Assembly (NCBI GenBank): GCA_965219995.1
Contig: CBDCOX010000002.1
Location: 672,001 to 736,000, forward strand
DNA length: 64,000 nt
From: Candidatus Latescibacterota bacterium
GTDB lineage: Bacteria > Latescibacterota > UBA2968 > GCA-2709665
Direction: 5' to 3'
The position numbers and the translations under genes were made by a program. Below the pieces are notes generated by a model. The model ran no database searches and was not told where the DNA came from. It saw only the letters and a program-made list of their open reading frames with translations. Shown here one piece after another: positions 1 through 8,703 of this stretch. The number at the start of each line of letters is the position of its first letter. The stretch's first letter is position 1.

Positions 1-258
1 ACCGGCGAGATTGCCCGTATCGTGGAAATTTACGAGCAGGCAATGACCACGGTGGACGAAGCGGAGCAGGTGGCGCTGGTGAAGCAGGCTGTGCAATTGC
101 ACTCGGAGAATCTCTGGCGGATCGGCGTGTGCGGGGGGTTCGACCAGGTGTTCGTGGTCAAGAACGACTTCCGCAACGTCCCCGAAGTCGGTCTGGGCGA
201 CAACCCGCTGTTAACGCCGGGATATACCCACCCGGAACAATACTTCTTCGACCGGTAA
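1..258 (+). CDS. ABC transporter substrate-binding protein (family 5-like), C-terminal fragment; runs off the window start
   Basis: Frame is open from base 1. The ending ENLWRIG...VVKNDFRNVPE...PGYTHPEQYFF resembles oligopeptide/oligosaccharide SBP C-termini. Confidence 0.7.
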   Translation, partial: TGEIARIVEIYEQAMTTVDEAEQVALVKQAVQLHSENLWRIGVCGGFDQVFVVKNDFRNVPEVGLGDNPLLTPGYTHPEQYFFDR

Positions 259-336
259 CCTCGCGACTCCTCTTCCCCCACCCTTTCGCCGATGCGCCCC
301 GCACCCGCACGGTCAACAATGAGGTCGCCGAAGTGA

Positions 337-579
337 AGGTGGGGCAGACATTTCTGTCTGCCCGCATTCGCCCCATCCGTCGGGCCGCACCTCCGCTCAC
401 TCTTCCCACACACCCTTCCTGATTTGCCCTCCATCTCCCACTGTCATCCTGCGGCAGCCGGCGTAAGGGTGGGGCGGACATTTCTGTCTGCCCGCATCGC
501 CCCACCCGTCAGGCCGCACTTCCGTTCTCTCTTCCCGCATACCCTTCCTGATTTGCCCTCCGTCTCCCTCTGTCATCCC
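337..579. repeat. Tandem ~113-bp repeat (period ~130 bp), each unit headed by a GTGG-footed REP-like hairpin
   Basis: GTGGGGCAGAC-ATTTCT-GTCTGCCC at 339-363 and GTGGGGCGGAC-ATTTCT-GTCTGCCC at 469-493, followed by near-identical pyrimidine-rich tails ending CTGTCATCC. Confidence 0.85.
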
Positions 580-683
580 GATAGAGCCTCCAGGCAGGCG
601 ATGTCTCCGCGCAATTGGTTTTACCGCCCGTTTTCGTACAGGACGATCGAGACGGGAGATTCTTCGCTGTGCTCCCAATGACA
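571..683. repeat. Degenerate TGTCAT...ATGACA palindromic REP/MITE-like element
   Basis: TGTCATCCCG at 571 and GAGATTCTTCGCTGTGCTCCCAATGACA ending at 683 resemble the widespread TGTCATCCTGAG...AGATTCTTCGCT..GAATGACA repeat family. Confidence 0.55.
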
Positions 684-1083
684 TGTATTGCAGATTCCCT
701 CGGCGAGACGCTTCTGTCATGCGTTTGGGAAGCCTGCCATCCTGAGGAAGCGTCCGGTATGCAAGAGAATCAGTGTCGACGTTTAGCGAGGCTTTCGAGG
801 AGAAGTATGGGACGACCCCGACCAAAGATTGCAGGAATTGGAAACTGTGACAATTTCAGGACACGTGGACAAAACTTCAGTATTGACATCGAAAAATCAT
901 TGATGCAACTTGCGACGATACGAGTTATTTTTGTTCAGTGGGCAAATTCAACGGAATTCATCATAATGATTCCGTAAAATCATAAATAATTCAAAATATG
1001 AGCTTAGAGAAAGAAACTGGCACTTGTCATGTGCGCCCGAAGAAGTGCGAACATTGTTCATTCCGTGAAACGCAGACGTCCGG

Positions 1084-1290
1084 GTGTGCACGCGGCAGGG
1101 TAGGTCCCTTCATAGAGCCAGTGAAGTGGCCGGCCACGGACTGGACAGGCCATTCTGGCTGGTTCTGGCGGCCGCCGGTGCTCCCGAGCCAGCGGCGCCA
1201 CAGGGACAGAAGAAAGCGGATTTCAACGGCGACGGCATCGTGAATTTCGCCGATTTCTTCGAAGAGTCCCGCATATCGCGAAACCCGTGA
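1084..1290 (+). pseudogene. Remnant of an exported protein with a truncated dockerin/EF-hand motif
   Basis: Hydrophobic stretch FWLVLAAAGA, then ADFNGDGIVNFADFF (motif at 1219-1260), then the frame ends. Only half of the duplicated motif is present. Confidence 0.5.
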
Positions 1291-1389
1291 ATTCAGTGTG
1301 CGAGTCGGGCGGCCCGCTCTTTCAGGCGGAAATCGGGTCCGGCGGGGGTACCGGGCCTTGCGAATACGCAAAGTCAGAGGATTCCCTCG

Positions 1390-2595
1390 ATGAGACGAAA
1401 AGTATCCATTACTACAGTCGCGGTTCCGGTTTTCACGGCCCTGCTGACAACGTGGGTGTTTTCGGGCGCCGGCAGCGATGTGCCGATTGGCGCTCGGGAG
1501 GAGGCGAAGCTGAGTTCCCGGCAGGAAATCATTATAGCTGCATGCTGCGCCAGGGTCGGGGGCAAAGACATCGACGGGTTGTCGGCCGCCGGAAACGGAA
1601 GCCCGGAGGGCATCTGGTCGGACGGCGTGACCATGTGGGTGGCGGACGAATTTGACGAAAAGCTGTATGCCTATGACCTGGCGTCGGGGCAGCGCGCCGC
1701 AAAAGACTTCGATGCGCTGGACGCCGCCGGAAACGGGAGCCCGGAGGGCATCTGGTCGGACGGAACCACGATGTGGGTTGTAGACGACCCGTGGTTCGGC
1801 GAGAAAGTCTTCGCGTACGACCTGTCCACCATGGCCCGGGATTCCGACAAAGACATCGATGTCCTCGAACCTGCCGGAAACGACAATCCGGAGGGCATCT
1901 GGTCGGACGGCACGACGATGTGGGTGGCCGACCACACTGACGTTAAGCTGTATGCGTACGACATGGACCGGAATGCCCGGGATCCGGACAAAGATATCAA
2001 TGCGCTTGAAGCTGCGGGGAACAACCACCCGCAGGGAATCTGGTCGGACGGTGCGACGATCTGGGTCTCGGACTACGCCGACGCGAAGATCTATGCCTAC
2101 AAGTTGACGTCGCGGGCCCGCGATCCCGAGAAAGACGTCGATTCCCTGGCTGCCGCCGGAAACAGCCACCCGGTCGGCGTCTGGTCGGACGGCGCGACCA
2201 TGTGGGTGGCTGACTACGTTGACAAGAAGCTGTACGCCTACAACCTCCCTTCCCGCGGAAACGCGCCCGCCATCCTTTCGGTGGCGCCGGGCATCGGCGC
2301 GCTCACGGTGTCGTGGACCCCGGCATCCAGCGGCGGCCCAGCCGTTTCCGCGTACGACCTGCGCTACATACTCAGCGACGCCCCCGACAAGGCCGACGCC
2401 AACTGGACCGTGTTGCACGATGTCTGGACGACTGGTTCAGGAACGCTTGTTTACGTTCTGACCGGGCTGACCGGCGGCGTCCGGTACGACGTTCAACTGC
2501 GTGCGGTCACCAGCGACGGATACGCGCCCTGGTCGCCCGTACGGATCGGAACACCGCTGGTGCGGGCTCCGGCTTCGACAGATTTCAACGGCTAA
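1390..2595 (+). CDS. Secreted protein with five ~47-aa GIWSDGxTMWV repeats (probable beta-propeller) plus an FN3 domain; C-terminal dockerin broken by TAA
   Basis: N-terminal hydrophobic segment; 5 copies of AGNxxPxG[IV]WSDGxT[MI]WVxD...K[LIV][YF]AY; FN3 signature LTVSWTP...YDLRY...LTGLTGGVRYDVQLRAV; ends DFNG-stop. Confidence 0.85.
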   Translation: MRRKVSITTVAVPVFTALLTTWVFSGAGSDVPIGAREEAKLSSRQEIIIAACCARVGGKDIDGLSAAGNGSPEGIWSDGVTMWVADEFDEKLYAYDLASGQRAAKDFDALDAAGNGSPEGIWSDGTTMWVVDDPWFGEKVFAYDLSTMARDSDKDIDVLEPAGNDNPEGIWSDGTTMWVADHTDVKLYAYDMDRNARDPDKDINALEAAGNNHPQGIWSDGATIWVSDYADAKIYAYKLTSRARDPEKDVDSLAAAGNSHPVGVWSDGATMWVADYVDKKLYAYNLPSRGNAPAILSVAPGIGALTVSWTPASSGGPAVSAYDLRYILSDAPDKADANWTVLHDVWTTGSGTLVYVLTGLTGGVRYDVQLRAVTSDGYAPWSPVRIGTPLVRAPASTDFNG

Positions 2596-2883
2596 CGTCG
2601 GACCGATTTTGCCGACTTCTTTCTCTTTGCCGACGCGTACGGCGGCATCGAGGTCTTAGAGGATCTCGACGTCTCGACCTTTTGTGGAGACGACGTCAGC
2701 GGTATGGATCTTGGCGTCAGCGTTGGGATCGGCACGGATACGGCAATTGCCGAAGGGATGGCGTTTTCCGTAAACCTGCGATATACGTTGGGGCTCACAA
2801 ACGTCGACAAGACGGGTGAGGAAGACATCAAGAACCGAAGTCTCACCCTCCAGGCCGGCGTCGGCTTTCCCATAGGCGAATAG
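2596..2883 (+). pseudogene. In-frame continuation after the TAA: half-dockerin fused to the C-terminal strands of an outer-membrane beta-barrel (PorT/OMP_b-brl_2-like)
   Basis: Same frame reads RRTDFADFFLFADAYGG...DLGVSVGIGTD...FSVNLRYTLGLTNV...IKNRSLTLQAGVGFPIGE to TAG at 2881-2883. Confidence 0.6.
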
Positions 2884-3052
2884 TCAGGCGTTTCTGGCCT
2901 TTTCGCAGGATTCCTTGTCCTTGTGTTTGGGGATGGACAACGCGTCGCGGCGTCGGTCGGGGCTGTGTAGACATTGAGGAAGCGTGCGCGAAGGTGGGGA
3001 GACGTCTCACGGGCAGGCATGATTAACCATCCATCGACGAGTGGAATATCCC

Positions 3053-3471
3053 ATGAAACGGCTTTCGACGTTGGGACTCACGCCATTATTGGCAGGCCTC
3101 ATGTTCGCACAAGCAGGCCTCGTCCAGGACTATAGGCGCCCGGGATTTCCTGAAAGCGGGATTGCCAGCCTCGGCAAGGGGATGATCAGTTCGCGCGACC
3201 GCGCGGTGGCCTGCTCACAGGACATACGGATGAAGTCACTTCGGTGTCGTTTTCGCCGGACGGGAGTACCCTGGCCAGTATCAGTGGCGACAATACGGTG
3301 CGGTTGCGGGGCGTCGCCACGGGGCAGGAAGGACGCGTCCTTCAGGAACATACGCGAAATGTCACTTCGGTATCGTTTTCACCAGATGGGAGTACCCTGG
3401 CCAGCGGCAGTTAGGACGGCACGGTGAGACTGAGCGATATTTGCAAACTGTTTCATCTGGACTCCCGGTGA
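3053..3471 (+). pseudogene. Secreted WD40-repeat protein, frameshifted and nonsense-disrupted
   Basis: Signal peptide plus QDYRRPGFPESGIASLGKG in one frame. From ~3214 another frame gives LTGHTDEVTSVSFSPDGSTLAS...HTRNVTSVSFSPDGSTLASGS-TAG(3412)-DGTVRL. Confidence 0.8.
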
Positions 3472-3529
3472 ATAGACGACAAATATCCAGATCCTGTTCG
3501 GAAGCGTTCTCTACTCGGAGGTTAATTTC

Positions 3530-5728
3530 ATGACGCGTTTTGTTTTTCATACGGCCCTGTTTGTGGTACTGGGCCTTATCCATTCGCCGCTGCGGGTGGC
3601 CCATGCTTCGACTACGCCTGCCGACAGCGTGCGCGTCCTGCTACAGATGAGCCTCGAGCAACGGCAACATGACCGCCTGTTATCTGCCGGCAAACTCGGC
3701 TACGGCGCTTCGCCGGAGTTTTCGGTGAGGGTTGTCTACTTTCATCCGGCCGACCTTGAGCCTCACCCGGATATCGATGCCAAATTGCACTCGTTTATAG
3801 TGTACGTGCAGTCGTTTTATGCGGATGAGATGGAGCGACACGGATATGGAAGGAAGACATTCAGGGTTGAAACCGATAAAGCCGGAAGTGCGGTTGTACG
3901 CCGCGTAACTGGAAAGTTCGCCAATTCACACTACAGAAAACCGGATGCGCTACGTGAAGTAGATGCAGAAATCAACGTGAAGTTAGGCAAATCCGACAAC
4001 GTCGTCTATCTCATTTGGGTCGATCTGGATGATCCCGAACCCGGTGAATTCAGTCAAGTAGGGGGCAATGCCTATGGAAACTCGTTTGGAGGAACGGCAC
4101 GAATCATAGCCACTGACTTTAGATGGACGACGACACCCAGACATCTCTTTGTCCGCACCTGGACGGTAATTGCCCACGAGCTTGGACACGCGTTTGGACT
4201 GCCACACGATTTCCGAGACGACCGCTACGTGATGTCGTACGGAGACTATGTGCTTATAAACCGGTTGTCACCTTGTGCCGCCAACTGGCTGGATGCCCAT
4301 CGTTATTTCAACACCAGCCATTCGTATCAGAACCGGCCGGCGACAATCGAGATGCTACCACCTGTCCTTGCATTGCCGCCCAATACAATCCGCCTGCGAT
4401 TCCGGGTCGCCGACCCGGATGGGATTCGCCAGGCACGGTTGGTTTCAGACACGATAGATCCGACAAGGCAGCAAAGTGGAGACAAAGTACTTGAATGTAA
4501 GACGTTAAACGGCGACAGTGAAACCGAAGAAATAGAATTCACAACGAATTCGCTTGCAGCCAGAAGCGAATATGTCGGGCTTTCTATTATCGATGTCAGG
4601 GGGAACTTCGAGCACAGACGCTTCAAGATAGACGTTGCTTCCTTACGGCCCCCTACAGATGTTGTGTCAATACCCGACCAAAAGCTAGAGGCGTCGATCA
4701 AAAAGAACATCAACAAGGATCAAGGAAGTACTATCACACAGACTGATCTATTAGACTTAACGACGCTGAATGCTCCCAATATCAGTATTGCGGATCTCAC
4801 TGGACTGGCGTATGCGAAAAATCTCATTTACGTGGATCTCAGGCGCAATCAGATTACCGACATCACTCCCTTAGCCGGTTCGACCCGGTTGAGGTCGTTA
4901 TTGATCAGTAAGAATCAGATAAGGGACATAACGCCACTTTCGAGATTGACGGAGTTAAGCGAATTGTGGCTCTCGGACAATCGGATACGTGATTTGAAGC
5001 CGCTATCAGGATTAACGAATCTAACCAATCTGTTGATTTCCGATAATCAGGTGGGTGATATCGAACCGCTTACAGAATTGTCTAAGTTGCGTGGATTACA
5101 CCTCCGCAGAAATCAGATCAGCAACGTCAGCCCGCTTACAGGATTGGTAAATCTGGAGCATTTATATCTCCGTGGGAATCCCATCGACGATACCTCGCCG
5201 CTTCGCGAATTGCTACGCCAGAATCCATTAGTGCAAATAGACATCCACGTTCCGCGCCTTGCTCTGGTCAAAATCTCCGGCGACGAACAACAGGGACCGG
5301 CCGGGTCCAAATTGGTCGATCCCTTTGTCGTTGAAGTAAGGGACCTGTACGACAATCCTCTGCCCGATGCGTCTGTGACGTTCGTGGTCACCAGCGGGGG
5401 AGGAACGCTTTCGGAAGAGAACATCGTCACCGATTCCAACGGTCGTGCGTCCACCATATTGACCTTGGGAAGCCTTCCTGGTAACAACGCTGTCGCAGTG
5501 ACGCTGGCCGATGGAAATCCTGAGACTTTCACCGCCGAGGGGTTGGTGACACCCGATTTCGACGGAGACGGCACCGTCGGCTTTAGCGATTTCGTGCAGT
5601 TTGCCGCACAGTTCGGATCGAGCGAGGGCGACGAGGGGTATGACGCGAGATTCGATCTGGACGGAAACGGCGTCATCGGTTTCAGCGATTTTGTGATGTT
5701 CGCCGGCGCCTTCGGGAATGGAACCTGA
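3530..5728 (+). CDS. Secreted metzincin zinc metalloprotease domain + internalin-type leucine-rich repeats + Big_1 Ig-like domain + C-terminal dockerin/EF-hand
   Basis: GGAGG RBS; signal peptide; HELGHAFGLPH with Met-turn YVMSY; IPDxxL cap and 22-aa LxxLxLxxNQIxDIxPL repeats; KISGDEQQG...TDSNGRAST; twin DxDGxGxxxFSDF. Confidence 0.9.
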   Translation: MTRFVFHTALFVVLGLIHSPLRVAHASTTPADSVRVLLQMSLEQRQHDRLLSAGKLGYGASPEFSVRVVYFHPADLEPHPDIDAKLHSFIVYVQSFYADEMERHGYGRKTFRVETDKAGSAVVRRVTGKFANSHYRKPDALREVDAEINVKLGKSDNVVYLIWVDLDDPEPGEFSQVGGNAYGNSFGGTARIIATDFRWTTTPRHLFVRTWTVIAHELGHAFGLPHDFRDDRYVMSYGDYVLINRLSPCAANWLDAHRYFNTSHSYQNRPATIEMLPPVLALPPNTIRLRFRVADPDGIRQARLVSDTIDPTRQQSGDKVLECKTLNGDSETEEIEFTTNSLAARSEYVGLSIIDVRGNFEHRRFKIDVASLRPPTDVVSIPDQKLEASIKKNINKDQGSTITQTDLLDLTTLNAPNISIADLTGLAYAKNLIYVDLRRNQITDITPLAGSTRLRSLLISKNQIRDITPLSRLTELSELWLSDNRIRDLKPLSGLTNLTNLLISDNQVGDIEPLTELSKLRGLHLRRNQISNVSPLTGLVNLEHLYLRGNPIDDTSPLRELLRQNPLVQIDIHVPRLALVKISGDEQQGPAGSKLVDPFVVEVRDLYDNPLPDASVTFVVTSGGGTLSEENIVTDSNGRASTILTLGSLPGNNAVAVTLADGNPETFTAEGLVTPDFDGDGTVGFSDFVQFAAQFGSSEGDEGYDARFDLDGNGVIGFSDFVMFAGAFGNGT

Positions 5729-5960
5729 CCTGCCGTTTCCGCGTTTGCGCCCGCCATCGTCGGCGCTGCGAACTGGCGGAGTCGCTGGACGAACTGCACG
5801 TGAAAGCCGTGAGGGTCAACCTGGAATGCGCAGAGCTGAAATGGCAACTGGTGCGGGAGTGAGCGACAGTCATGAACTGTTTTGGCTGTTCTTGCGGTCA
5901 AATGACGGCGAGAGTCGGGATACTGATCGAAGTCGTTTATTCTGCTCTCTGGTAAATCCC

Positions 5961-8402
5961 ATGAGGCGATTTGTCCGATATACCGCCCTGATTGTAATAT
6001 CCGGCGCGATTTATCCTCAGCTACAGATGGCCGAGGCTTCCTCCGCGCCAACTGACAGCGTGCTGTTCTGCGGGGTCGCCAACGAGCAGTTGCGACGGGA
6101 TCCCCCTCGTCCCGCGGCCAAGCGTCCTGCGAATCTGAACAGGGGCGAACCGCGCACGGTGCGGATGATCTACTTCCTGCCCAACGACTGGTCGTACAGG
6201 GCCGAAGTGGTGGATTCGATGAAGACGGTGATCCGGGAGGCCCAGACCTTTTATCGCGAGCAGATGGATGCCCACGGCTACGGCAAGTGGACCTTTGCCT
6301 ATGAGACCGATGCGCAGGGCGAGCCGCTGGTGCATCGCGTGGACGGCCGGCATCCCTTCAGCCACTATGACAACACGTTGGGTACGGCTGTGGTTGCCGA
6401 GCTTGAAGAGACGTTCGATCTCGATGCGAACATCTACGCCATCATTCTGGGTACGGACGCCCTGCGTCAAGGTAATGGGAAGCCGACGCTCGGTGTGGGT
6501 CGTCGTCGGACGAAGAACGGCGGCTATCTCGTGGTGCCGGACGGATTCAGTTTCTTCACGGTGGCTCATGAACTGGGACATACCTTCGGGCTGTATCACG
6601 ATTTCCGTGATGATGCGTACATAATGTCGTATGGTAACCGTCGTCGGTCCGTGCTATCGGCGTGCGCCGCCGAATTCCTGGCGGTGCATACCTGCTTCGA
6701 TCCCGCCATTCCGATCGAAGACGGCCAGCCGCCGGCTGTTAAGTTGGTTTCGCCCAATCGATATCAGCCAGGCACAACAAGCGTCCCGGTTCGACTGCAG
6801 GTCAGTGATCCGAAGGGGCTTCACCAGGTAGGCCTGATTGGCAGCGGACAGTGGTGTCGCAAATTGGCCGGCGAGAAGGATGCTGTCGTCGAATTTCAAT
6901 ACAAGGGCGGCTTTGGGCAGCGCGGATTCAATCCGCTCGCCGACCGTCGCAAACATCACCTTTTCGTCGTCGCCTTGGATGCGGGCGGGAACGTTAGCGA
7001 GAACGCGTACTCTCTGGCTGAAATGTCTCCCCATGAGATCGTTACTTTGAGAAGCCGTGAGGTCAATGTCACGTCAGTAGCGTTTTCCCCCGATGGATCC
7101 CGTCTCGCCTACGGCACAAGACCAGAAAACGGACACGATGCCAAAGTATATCTGTGGAACGTAAAGACGGGCGAAAGCATCCCCATGCTGAGTACGAAAT
7201 CGGTTACATGGGTGGCGTTCTCGCGTGACGGGACGCTCGCCGCAGGATTTCTGAATCGGACCACACTGGTTGACGTGTCGACTCGAACAGAGATCGCCAC
7301 TTTTCCAGGAGGTGGTCCGTTGGCGTTCTCTCACGACGGAACCCTGCTCGCCTCGCACGGACCGGACGGGATCACCTCGATAGGGCTATGGGACGTGAGC
7401 AGACGAAAGGAGGTCGGTGTCCTGAGAAGACATAAGGACCAGATCAACGCGCTTGCTTTTTCTTCCGACGGCGCCCTGCTTGCGTCCGGGTCCGGGAATG
7501 GTCGGTTGGGAGACGACTCGGTCCGGCTGTGGCAGGTGGCAGACCAAGAGGAGATCGCCAGAATTCAGGTGCCGGGACACGGGGTGTGGTCTGTCGCTTT
7601 CTCGCCCGACCGAAGAACGCTCGCATGGGGGTCTGCGAATGGTGGGGCCACGCTTTGGGACGTGGCAAACCGATCAGAAGTCGCGTTCTTCAAGACGGCC
7701 GGACCTCCGGTGGTGTTTTTCCCAGACGGGGCTACGCTGGCCTGCGATGCCGGAGACGGAGCGATAAGCCTGTGGGACGTGGCGAGCCAGGAAAAGCTGT
7801 TTACGCTGACCGGTGAATCTCCCGATGTCAATTCAATGTCGATTTCTCCAGACGGTAAATTGCTCGCTTCCGGTTCGTGGTTCGGAGGCACGATCACATT
7901 GTGGGACGTGTCGGAATGGTCGGGCCCTCGCCCCTCCACCCTGGAGATCATTTCCGGAGACAGCCAGCGGGGTGTGGCAGGGTCCGCGCTTGCCGACTCG
8001 CTGGGCGTGCGGGTACGGGATCAATTGGGCAACCCCCTGCCCGGCGTATCCGTCAATTTCAAGATAACCGCCGGCGACGGGGCGCTGTCTGATACCACGG
8101 CTACAACCGATGAGAACGGCCGCGCTTCCGTTGCGCTGATCCTGGGCGAGGAGCCGGGGACAAACGCGGTTGCCGTTTCTGTCGCGAATCTAGAGCCGGT
8201 AACCTTCGCCGCCGTCGCGACAGCACGGTCGGACTTCGACGGCGACGGCACCGTCGGCTTTAGCGATTTCGTGCAGTTTGCCGCACAGTTCGGATCGAGC
8301 GAGGGCGAAGAGGGGTACGACGTGCGGTTCGACCTGGACGGGAACGGCGCCGTCGGGTTCAGCGATTTTGTGATCTTTGCGAGTGCTTTCGAGAAGGCCT
8401 GA
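5961..8402 (+). CDS. Secreted metzincin zinc metalloprotease domain + WD40 repeats + Big_1 + C-terminal dockerin/EF-hand
   Basis: Likely start ATG 5961 (MRRFVRYTALIV, parallel to MTRFVFHTALFV); HELGHTFGLYH...YIMSY; repeated AFSPDGxxLAS...LWDV; IISGDSQRG; twin DxDGxGxVGFSDF. Confidence 0.9.
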   Translation: MRRFVRYTALIVISGAIYPQLQMAEASSAPTDSVLFCGVANEQLRRDPPRPAAKRPANLNRGEPRTVRMIYFLPNDWSYRAEVVDSMKTVIREAQTFYREQMDAHGYGKWTFAYETDAQGEPLVHRVDGRHPFSHYDNTLGTAVVAELEETFDLDANIYAIILGTDALRQGNGKPTLGVGRRRTKNGGYLVVPDGFSFFTVAHELGHTFGLYHDFRDDAYIMSYGNRRRSVLSACAAEFLAVHTCFDPAIPIEDGQPPAVKLVSPNRYQPGTTSVPVRLQVSDPKGLHQVGLIGSGQWCRKLAGEKDAVVEFQYKGGFGQRGFNPLADRRKHHLFVVALDAGGNVSENAYSLAEMSPHEIVTLRSREVNVTSVAFSPDGSRLAYGTRPENGHDAKVYLWNVKTGESIPMLSTKSVTWVAFSRDGTLAAGFLNRTTLVDVSTRTEIATFPGGGPLAFSHDGTLLASHGPDGITSIGLWDVSRRKEVGVLRRHKDQINALAFSSDGALLASGSGNGRLGDDSVRLWQVADQEEIARIQVPGHGVWSVAFSPDRRTLAWGSANGGATLWDVANRSEVAFFKTAGPPVVFFPDGATLACDAGDGAISLWDVASQEKLFTLTGESPDVNSMSISPDGKLLASGSWFGGTITLWDVSEWSGPRPSTLEIISGDSQRGVAGSALADSLGVRVRDQLGNPLPGVSVNFKITAGDGALSDTTATTDENGRASVALILGEEPGTNAVAVSVANLEPVTFAAVATARSDFDGDGTVGFSDFVQFAAQFGSSEGEEGYDVRFDLDGNGAVGFSDFVIFASAFEKA

Positions 8403-8544
8403 AAGCGATGAGAGGTGAGACGGGAGAGGGTAGACGGGAGAAGATATGAGTGCCCTACGGTTCTTTTGTCGTAACGATTAGGGCTACAAACCCGGCACAG
8501 GTTACGAGGGAACGCGGATTGTCAAACATTGGACGCGTATGGGT

Positions 8545-8589
8545 AATCATAAACAGGCCCCCGCAATCTGCGGGGGCCTGTTTATGATT
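8545..8589. terminator. Perfect 21-bp inverted repeat, probable bidirectional intrinsic terminator
   Basis: AATCATAAACAGGCCCCCGCA-ATC-TGCGGGGGCCTGTTTATGATT, between the convergent protease gene and tRNA. Confidence 0.75.
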
Positions 8590-8659
8590 CCCTTATCGAA
8601 AGGCGCAGAAACACCGATTCCTTGACCGAAAGTGCGGACTGTATTATCTTGGGCGACAG

Positions 8660-8692
8660 AAAAAAGGAAGTTGAGAATGGTTCTCAACTTCC
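8660..8692 (-). terminator. Intrinsic terminator of tRNA-Arg
   Basis: 12-bp stem GGAAGTTGAGAA/TTCTCAACTTCC followed on the minus strand by a T6 run, 11 nt after the tRNA CCA. Confidence 0.75.
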
Positions 8693-8703
8693 CTTGATTT
8701 TTC

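Noticed and set aside
337-579. Possible CRISPR array
   Set aside because: Only two units, the sequence between the hairpins is itself repeated rather than unique spacer, and there are no cas genes.
1330-1390. c-di-GMP-I riboswitch suggested by ACGCAAAG
   Set aside because: The upstream GGCAAAC..GAAA stem and the closing P1 are absent.
1560-2250. DNA repeats as DGR template/variable regions
   Set aside because: The repeats are in-frame protein repeats, the differences are not adenine-specific, and no reverse transcriptase is present.
5718-5960. 81-aa N-terminal extension of the second protease
   Set aside because: ATG 5961 yields a signal peptide matching the paralog's start, and the extension overlaps the previous gene.
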